A stretch of DNA of 60,438 nucleotides, counting the filler, from Nemertoderma westbladi (Eukaryota; Animalia; Xenacoelomorpha), in assembly GCA_032718475.1 (NCBI GenBank). It is 3 parts of 3 records of this genome, joined end to end, with 100 filler letters (N's around TTAATTAATTAA, not from the genome) between each part and the next. Parts side by side here need not be neighbours in the genome. Positions count along the whole stretch, not along the records: positions 51,660 to 60,438 come from JAUCBJ010001943.1; 2 more parts are not named here. One strand, written 5' to 3'. The notes under the pieces were generated by a model that was not told where the DNA came from, did not search any database, and worked only from the letters and a program-made list of their open reading frames with translations. The translations under genes were made by a program, and so were the position numbers. Positions within the stretch are counted from its first letter, which is position 1. Each line of letters starts with the position of its first letter. This document shows positions 51,846 to 60,438 of the stretch, in pieces.

Positions 51846-52824
51846 CATTGGTTTTTGTAAAGAAAAAAAGAAGAAAAACTGATTGCGCCATACTGTACCT
51901 TTTATTATAGATAGATATATGATATGGTGATGGGTTGTGATTAATATGAAGAACTGTACTGGGTTACTGACGGTTAATACCGGTCCGGGTTTTGTCTTTA
52001 TGTTGGAATAGGTGATTATGTAATTACTGAAGGTTATAATATAGTCTGTTGTTGGTTGACCTAAGGATCGCCTTCCTTCATAGTCTGGCGATAGGTACAC
52101 CCCCCTCAATTTTTTTTTTACTTTTTCTAGAATTTTGTATTATTAGGAGTGTTAATATAGTTACATTGGGCAGTTGGGTATTTTGGCTTTAGCTGGGTGA
52201 TATACAGTTATATCACCCTATTGTTTAGCCAATCAGATTTGAGAATAAGCGAGAATACATGATAAACTGATTTAGAATTGTATTCAAGATTCAATTGTTT
52301 ATTACTCTTTAAATGTTAAATCACTAACCAAATATTAAAACAACTAGGCCTAACCAACAATGTCAAAATTTATATCTGTTATATAATCTGCCAGTCTGCT
52401 TTATATTATTTAGGCTTAGGCCTACATCGTTATTTTTGAATAACCATCTGACCATAAAAGCTGTTATAGATGTAACAACCATGAACGTACCTGTCGACGA
52501 TTTGTCATTTTCTCTTTCGCTATGTTTTTATCAATCATCTTGCTTTTGCGACGTTGTTCTGCTTCAGCAGTATTAGAAAACATACAAGGAATGAACTTCC
52601 CTAAAGCTTTCGCCATATCTCCAATCAATGCAGGTCGAGGAACGCGCAGTAAAGGTTGGTAACAAGTAGCTGGTAGACCTATAAAATAAGCCTATGTCGG
52701 TATGTCTATATCTATTTACAATATAGGCCTACTGATATACCAGTATACAGATATATCAGATCAGTATACCAGTGAGTAGGGAACATACCAAGCGTTTTAA
52801 AATTGCATCAAAAATACGAACAGC

Positions 52825-53995
52825 TGAACAATGAGTAACAAAACAACGAGCAACAACGAGTAACAATGAGCAACAACGAGTAACATTGAGCAACAATGAG
52901 CAATAATAAAGTACCGGTACAACAACGAGCAATAATGAGGAACAACGACTGAATGAGCAACAATGAGCACCAACGAGTAACATTGAGCAACAATCAGACA
53001 ATGAGAAACAATGAGCAACAACGAGCAAAAATGATCAATAATAAAGTACAACAACGAGCAACAGCGACAAACAACGAGCAAAAATGAGGAACAACGACTG
53101 GACGAGCAACAACAAGTAACATTGAGAAACAACGAGCAACAATGAGCAATAAGGAACAACGACTGAACGAGCAATAATAAACTACAGCAACGAGCAACAA
53201 CGAGTAATAATGAGCAACAACGAGCAATAATAAAGTACAACAACGAGCAATAATGAGGACATGAGAAACAACGAGTAACAATGAGCAACAATGACAATGA
53301 GTAACATTGAGCAACAATGAGCAATAATAAAGTATAATAACGAGTAACATTGAGCAACAACGAGCAACAATGAGAAACACTGAGCAATAATAAAGAACAA
53401 CAACGAGCAACTATGAGCAACAAGGAGAAACAACAAGCAATAATGAGAAACAACAAGCAATAATGAGCAACAACGAGAAACAACAAGCAATAATGAGCAA
53501 CAACGACTGAACGAGCAACAACGAGTTATATTGAGCAATATCGAGCAATAATAAAGTACAACAACGAGCAACAATGAGCAACAACGACTGAACGAGCAAC
53601 AACGAGTAATAATGAGCAACAACGAGCAACAATGAGAAACAACGAGCAACAATGAGAAACAACGAGCAACAATGAGAAACAACGAGCAACAATGAGGAAC
53701 AATGATTGAACGAGCAATAATAAAGTACAAGAACGACCAACAATGAGCAATAATGAGCAACAACGAGTAATAATAGAGTACAACAACGAGCAAAAACGAG
53801 CACAATCTGACAATGAGCAACAGCGAGCAATAATGAAGTACAACTAACGAGCAACAATGAGCACCAACAAGCAACAATATGAGCAACAACGAGAAACAAT
53901 GAGCAACAATGACCAACTAGGCTACTAGCAACAATGACCAACAACGAGAAATAATAAAGCACAACGAGCAGCAATGAGCAACAACGAGCAACAAA
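52825..53995. repeat. Degenerate ~10-bp AA(C/T)GAGCAAC microsatellite-like array
   Basis: About 1.2 kb of AACGAGCAAC/AATGAGCAAC variants. Confidence 0.95.
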
Positions 53996-54004
53996 CTGCG
54001 TCGA

Positions 54005-54400
54005 ACCGGATTGAATGTGGGGGAGAGCCACATTCAAGTGGGCGAAGCCTTAACATACAGACATATGGGTGCTATTAATGAGTTGTCGTCTGTCTGTCTG
54101 TCGTCATCGTAAATTTTTTATCGCTAATAACTCAGTCATTCCTTGATGAAATTAAACGAAACTTGGTATGTATGTAGTCTGTCAAAAGATTAGAAATAAT
54201 CTGAAGTTTGGTAAAAAACAAACGAACGCAATGAGACAAATTAAGGCAGTAAGGAGATATAAGATAAGTCTGTATCTGTCTGTCTGTAAGTATTGTGTTG
54301 AACGACCTCTGACTGTCTGACTAACGAAACAACACGTTAATGGGGCCCCTATCCTGCTATCAGCCAAGGCTAGCTAAGGCTTTGCTCACTTCATGCTGCG
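54005..54400 (+). mobile_element. Possible DINE-1/Helentron-like non-autonomous element
   Basis: (GTCT)n tract followed by ...ATAACTC...GAAACTTGGTATG, an architecture common in such elements. Confidence 0.35.
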
Positions 54401-55734
54401 CAAAGGTCCCACGAACATGTCCCACTGCTGCCTGAGGCAGATGAACCAAAACGTCATCCAGTCATCATCTTTAACCTTCTATACGTCTATCAGCTGCCCG
54501 ACAGAACCATCTTTGTGCCTATTAACATGACATTGACATTGGTTTTTTCACGCCTTTCAAGTACAACATTGTGGACAATCCATCCAAGTGGGGCGTAGAG
54601 GGAGAAGAGGAAATGCAGGACACAAGTTAGTTTTTCGAAACTGTGTGCTGTGCGGCGATGCCCAGTTACTTGAGTCATGTCTCATATCGAAATGTCTGTG
54701 TGCTCAGATGTGCGATGGGCTATTCTTTTGAATATCAATGGGCTATTCTATGCTACCATATGAGGTAAGAATGACAGTGCTAGCAATAGCAACTTCATTA
54801 TGACTGTATGATACGATATTCTATAGAGGATTTATAGAGTGCAGTCCTTATCCTTAACCCGGTCCTACTAATTAATTACCCCAACCTACCACAATCTACC
54901 GCAATCTACCCCAACAATTCGATAGAGGCATCTAATTGCCACAATATTATTTTACAATGGCATCTAATTACTAGGGTTCGACCGGAGATCCTGCTCCGGC
55001 TCCGGCCGGACTTGGCAGCTTGGCATGTCCGGCTCCGGCCAAATTACAGAATTAGGCATTAGGTGCAGGAGCTCCGGCAAAAAGTATTTGTGCTGCACGA
55101 TGCATCTGTGCATAGCTACATCTGTACATGGTATCAGACATGGATAGGCAAGGCAGACATACAGGATACAGCCAGACTGCCAGACAGCAGACATCCGTCT
55201 GTGAACTTATTGCTGATCAACGTCTAAACCTGTAAACTGCTATACCTGTATACTGGCAGATTGTGTACGGGCAGATCATGTACGCAGGTACGGTACTAGT
55301 GCCAGGTACCGGCAGACCGGTAACAATTCCTGTGTAGGCTTAGGCCTACTGCAGTAGTAGGCCTACTGTCAGACTGTACTGCAGTACTGGACTGGTACAT
55401 GGTACGGCCAGACGCCAGTACGGTACGGTAGGCCTACTACATACTACTGTAGGGTAGGGCGCGCGTACTGCCACTAGTATGTCTCTATTTGAGACAAAAT
55501 AAGATAAGTAGTGCGATTTGAAAGAACATAATTATTGTTTAAATCCGGAACGTTTCGTATATTACGTTATACATCATCAGCCATAATACTGTAGGTACAA
55601 AATAACTATAATTATATGAAAAAACCTAAAATTAATGTAAAAGATAAGAGTAAACAAAATTCAAAATGTGATAGGATGGGTAATTACGATAAATGTAAAT
55701 TAGAATATATAGAAATAGATATTACTATAAATAG

Positions 55735-56710
55735 AAATTGTCCCCCTAACACAAAACCTATATTCTACAGACGCTATGTAGATGATTGTTTTATTATTTT
55801 TCGTGACCGCACTCACGCAACACAATTTCTACAGTACCTCAATGGTCAACATAGGAACATAGAATTCACTGCAGAATTTGAGAGCATTAATTCCTTATCC
55901 TTCCTTGACATTGAGATAACTAAGGAAATTAACCACAAGTTTAGTACGTCCGTCTACCGTAAGCCTACGTTCACTGGGTTATACACTAGCTACGACAGTT
56001 TTATACCAGAAAAATTTAAGGCCTCATTGATAGCTACTCTAGTTTTCAGAATATTCACAATTTGCTCTAGTTGGCGGCAATTTCAAACTGAAATTATGAA
56101 TCTACATAATATACTCTCCCTTAATGGTTTCCCTAGCAACCTTTTCTGGTCCATAGCCCACCGTATAACTATCAAACTAACCAACCCCCCACTCCCTAGG
56201 GTCCCTACAGTAGGAAAGAAACCTGTATATTTAATCATACCGTATCTTGGAACGATGTCAACACAAATTCAACAGCGTCTTAAAATACTTTCTAGAACAT
56301 TTCCACAAGTAGAACTCAAACTAATATTTAGACCCACATCTCGACTGGCTAATTACTTTCCCTTCAAGGACAGATTTCCCAAAGCGATGAGATCTCTTAC
56401 TTTATATCACTTTAAGTGCACCAGCTGTAATGCTGACTACATCGGTAAATCCGAGCGCCACTTTAAAGTAAGAATCTCTGAGCACCTTGCGAAGTCTCCC
56501 CGAACAGGAAAGCCAACAGCCACTCCTAGACACTCCTCCATACATGAACATGCACTTGAGTACGACCACCGATTCGAATACCAAGACTTTAATATTATAG
56601 GTACAGCCACTAACAACTACGATCTACTAATTAAAGAAAGTCTAATTATACAGAAACGAAGACCATCACTTAACATACAAGACACTTCATTCCCGCTATA
56701 TCTATTTTAA
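55735..56710 (+). CDS. Penelope RT C-terminal part plus GIY-YIG endonuclease (5'-truncated, open frame)
   Basis: Uninterrupted frame with RT and GIY-YIG motifs. The first ~35 aa of ORF 55616 derive from the inverted pLTR. Confidence 0.85.
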
Positions 56711-56995
56711 TTATGATAACTATTACATACAGTACAATTCTAATGTATCTACTGTAATGAACACACTACCTAGTTAGTTTACTGCCTTTAGTCTTTGATT
56801 GCTACCGGTACTGTAATTTTTTCTATAATTTCTCTGTAATCCTGCATTTACTTCATTATACTTAGTAAAAATATTCTAATTTACATTTATCGTAATTACC
56901 CATCCTATCACATTTTGAATTTTGTTTACTCTTATCTTTTACATTAATTTTAGGTTTTTTCATATAATTATAGTTATTTTGTACCTACAGTATTA

Positions 56996-57033
56996 TGGCT
57001 GATGATGTATAACGTAATATACGAAACGTTCCG
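56996..57033 (+). ncRNA. Minimal hammerhead ribozyme in the Penelope pLTR (inverted copy at 55546-55583)
   Basis: TGG-CTGATGA-T-GTATA/TATAC stem II-GAAAC-GTT-CCG; palindromic ACGT helix III. Confidence 0.7.
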
Positions 57034-57219
57034 GATTTAAACAATAATTATGTTCTTTCAAATCGCACTACTTATCTTATTTTGTCTCAAATTAAGATAT
57101 CCTCCTGGGATCACCATAACTTCGATTTTAGTATGTCTCTGTTAGTTGAAACAAAATTGGAACATAATTGAAACATATTAGGAGCCACGTAATGGTGTCC
57201 TACCTGCAATGCTATGTAA

Positions 57220-57415
57220 GCCAGTGAAACAAATTTGAAACAAATTAGGAGGGCCGTAATGATAGTCTACCGGAGAATTGGAACAATGATGGGCTACGGA
57301 GCTCAAAAAATTGGAACAATGTTAAGAATGCCAGTGAAACAAATTTGAAACAAATTAGGAGAGCCGTAATGATAGTCTACCAGAAGAATTGGAACAATGA
57401 TGGGCTACGGAGCTG
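57220..57415. repeat. ~110-bp tandem duplication
   Basis: GCCAGTGAAACAAATTTGAAACAAATTAGGA...GGGCTACGGAGCT occurs twice. Confidence 0.8.
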
Positions 57416-57929
57416 CCTGGGTTGTTTGGCTGAACCAGTGGTGGCACGGATGAGGGGGTAAGAAAAGGGGGAAGGATCTAAAAATAGCACCCAATAGGAA
57501 GCTTCTAGCTTCTTGCATTGCTACGGCTACCGGTACCTTGCTTGGCCTCTAGGCTGGCTCTGGCATAACCCTTATTTTCGCATGCGAATAAAGGTAATGT
57601 TTTAAAGATCTGGTGTGTAAAACGCGTTTTTGTGCAGTGATGTTTACGATATTATAATTAAACTAACTGCACTAAATATCTCACATTTATTTAATAATAT
57701 ATGGTAAAAAAAGCAACCTACCTATTAATTACAATAATTTACAATAGTTATCGAATGTTCTAGGATGTAAATACTTAGCATTATTTGATAGGAAACGATT
57801 ATCAAAAAAACGGTTCTTGTAAAAAACGTTTTGCGAAAACTGTCCCTGCTTTCCGTTTTTGTAAATTTCTGGTACGGCATGATTGCTCCGAGAATGTTTG
57901 CCGTGGAGTCTGAATAAGGTAGAAAAAGT

Positions 57930-60240
57930 AGGGGTGGGTGTGTTTGTTAGGTTCGGGCGGTCGGTGCGGGTAAATAGGGTGTGGGAGGGAGGGAGGGTGG
58001 GTAGGGGTAGGTGAGTGCGGGTAGTTAGGTGTGTAGGGGTAGGGGAGGTTGGGTGCGGTTAAGTAGACGTGCTTGCTTAGTTTGGTGTGTGGGTGCGGTT
58101 AAGTAGACGTGCTTAGGTGGGTGGGTGGGTGCGGGTAAGTAGACGTGCTTAGGTGGGTGGGTGGATGCGGTTAAGTCGATGTGCTTAGGTGGGTGCGGTT
58201 AACTAGGTGTGCTTAGGTAGGTGGGTGGGTGTGGGTAAGTATACGTGCTTAGGTGGGTGGGTGGGTGCGGTTAAGTACACGTGCTTAGGTGGGTGGGTGG
58301 GTGCGGTTAAGTAGATGTGTTTAGGTGGGTGGGTGGGTGCGGGTAAGTAGATGTGTTTAGGTGGGTGGGTGGGTGCGGGTAAGTAGACGTGCTTAGGTGG
58401 GTGGGTGGATGCGGTTAAGTCGATGTGCTTAGGTGGGTGCGGTTAACTAGGAGTGCTTAGGTGGCTGGGTGGGTGCGGTTAAGTAGACGTGTTTAGGTGG
58501 GTGGGTGGGTGCGGGTAAGTAGACGTGCTTAGGTGTGTGGGTGGGTGTGGTTAACTAGGTGTGCTTAGGTAGGTGGGTGGGTGTGGGTAAGTATACGTGC
58601 ATAGGTGGGTGGGTGGGTGTGGGTAAGTATACGTGCATAGGTGGGTGGTGGGTGTGGTTAAGTATACGTGCTTAGGTGGTGGGTGGGTGGGTGCGGTTAA
58701 GTCGATGTGCTTAGGTGGGTGCGGTTAACTAGGTGTGCTTAGGTAGGTGAGTGGGTGCGGGTAAGTATACGTGCTTAGGTGGGTGGGTGGGTGTGGTTAA
58801 GTCGATGTGCTTAGGTGTGTGGGTGGGTGCGGGTAAGTAGACGTGCTTAGGTGGGTGGGTGGGTGCGGTTAAGTCGATGTGCTTAGGTGGGTGCGGTTAA
58901 CTATGTGTGCTTAGGTAGGTGAGTGGGTGTGGGTAAGTATACGTGCATAGGTGGGTGGGTGGGTGTGGTTAAGTATACGTGCTTAGGTGGGTGGGTGGGT
59001 GCGGTTAAGTCGATGTGCTTAGGTGGTTGCGGTTAACTAGGTGTGCTTAGGTAGGTGAGTGGGTGCGGGTAAGAATACGTGCTTAGGTGGGTGGGTGGGT
59101 GCGGTTAAGTCGATGTGCTTAGGTGTGTGGGTGGGTGTGGGTAAGTAGACGTGCTTAGGTGGGTGGGTGCGGTTAAGTCGATGTGCTTAGGTGGGTGCGG
59201 TTAACTAGGTGTGCTTAGGTAGGTGGGTGGGTGTGGGTAAGTATACGTGCTTAGGTGGGTGGGTGGGTGGGTGCGGTTAAGTACACGTGCTTAGGTGGGT
59301 GGGTGGGTGCGGTTAAGTAGACGTGTTTAGGTGGGTGGGTGGGTACGGTAAGTAGACGTGCTTAGATGTGTGGGTGGGTGTGGTTAAGTAGACGTGCTTA
59401 GGAGGGTGGGTGGGTGCGTTTAAGTAAGTGTGCTTAGGTGGGTGGGTGGGTGCGGTTAAGTCGATGTGCTTAGGTGGGTGGGTGGGTGCGGTTAAGTAGA
59501 CGTGCTTAGGTGGGTGGGTGGGTGCGGGTAAGTAGACGTGCTTAGGTGTGTGGGTGGGTGTGGTTAACTAGGTGTGCTTAGGTAGGTGGGTGGGTGCGGG
59601 TAAGTATACGTGCTTAGGTGGGTGGGTGGGTGCGGTTAAGTGATCGTGCTTAGGTGGGTGGGTGGGTGTGGTTAAGTAGACGTGCTTAGGTGGGTGGGTG
59701 GGTGCGGTTAAGTCGATGTGCTTAGGTGGGTGCGGTTAACTAGGTGTGCTTAGGTAGGTGGGTGGGTGTGGGTAAGTATACGTGCTTAGGTGGGTGGGTG
59801 GGTGGGTGCGGTTAAGTACACGTGCTTAGGTGGGTGGGTGGGTGCGGTTAAGTAGACGTGTTTAGGTGGGTGGGTGGGTGCGGGTAAGTAGACGTGCTTA
59901 GGTGTGTGGGTGGGTGTGGTTAAGTAGACGTGCTTAGGAGGGTGGGTGGGTGCGTTTAAGTAAGTGTGCTTAGGTGGGTGGGTGGGTGCGGTTAAGTCGA
60001 TGTGCTTAGGTGGGTAGGTGGGTGGGTGTGGTTAACTAGACGTGCTTAGGTTGGTGGGTGGGTGCGGTTAAGTAGACGTGCTTAGGAGGGTGGGTGGGTG
60101 CAGTTAAGTAGTTGTGCTTAGGTGGGTGGGTGGGTGCAGTTAAGTCGACGTGCTTAGGTGGGTGGGAGGGTACGTGTAAGTAGGTATGTAGGAATGGGTA
60201 TGTATGGTTAAGTACAGTAGGTGTGTAATGATAGGTGGAG
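57930..60240 (+). repeat. G-rich ~36-bp minisatellite with higher-order variants
   Basis: Unit GTGCTTAGGTGGGTGGGTGGGTGCGGTTAAGTAGAC plus shorter variants over about 2.2 kb. Confidence 0.95.
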
Positions 60241-60438
60241 GGGGGGGGGGGGGGGGTAAGTTTAGCAACTATTAAGTAGTATTACCACTTCTCAATAAGG
60301 TAGACAGCTGTATGTTTACAGTATAGAACGGTCGTAAAATAGAGGCGTCCCATTGGATGCTATTTATAGATCCATACCCCTTTTCTTTCCCCCTCTTACC
60401 CCTTTTCTTACGCGCTCTTACCCCCAGCACAGAGAAGA

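Larger units (their letters stand above)
55489..57091 (+). mobile_element. Penelope-like element, 5'-truncated, flanked by inverted pseudo-LTRs
   Basis: 55489-55710 is the reverse complement of about 56871-57091. ORF has YRRYVDD, LSFLDI, VYRKPT, LYHFKCTSCNADYIGKS..H...R..EH (GIY-YIG), ESLII...PSLN. Confidence 0.92.

Noticed and set aside
52756-54037. Several long Leu/Cys/Val-rich minus-strand ORFs
   Set aside because: Artefacts of the stop-poor AACGAGC array; open in all three frames with no coding complexity.
55320-55480. Clusters of GTAGGCCTAC/GTAC palindromes
   Set aside because: Short low-complexity motifs scattered through the window, distinct from the 20-bp family A palindrome.

Overview
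Repeat-dense eukaryotic (probably invertebrate) scaffold segment with two N-gaps, made mostly of nested, partly decayed retroelements. It holds three LTR families. Family A is BEL/Pao: a near-complete + copy at about 7.9-25.1 kb and a 5' half on the - strand at 1-4.9 kb. Family B is BEL-type gag/protease with no RT or integrase seen: two partial copies plus a solo LTR. Family C is represented by two 3' LTRs. There are also CR1/L2-like and RTE LINE fragments, two Penelope-like elements, a TIR element with an 8-bp TSD, several minisatellites and one plausible host gene (Cys-rich, probably GPI-anchored). The most striking system is accessory cargo in the LTR elements. Families A and B, whose LTRs look unrelated, both carry an extra ORF between the gag/pol region and the 3' LTR. 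It encodes a DEDDy-type 3'-5' exonuclease, three CCHC zinc knuckles and a shared F-x-x-W..AD..R..GF tail. Family A also has a tRNA-derived Pol III cassette inside its LTR, a dispersed covarying 20-bp palindrome, and an internal hairpin-PPT site upstream of the accessory ORF. All calls come from reading motifs by eye; no database searches or alignments were run, and boundaries marked approximate may shift.
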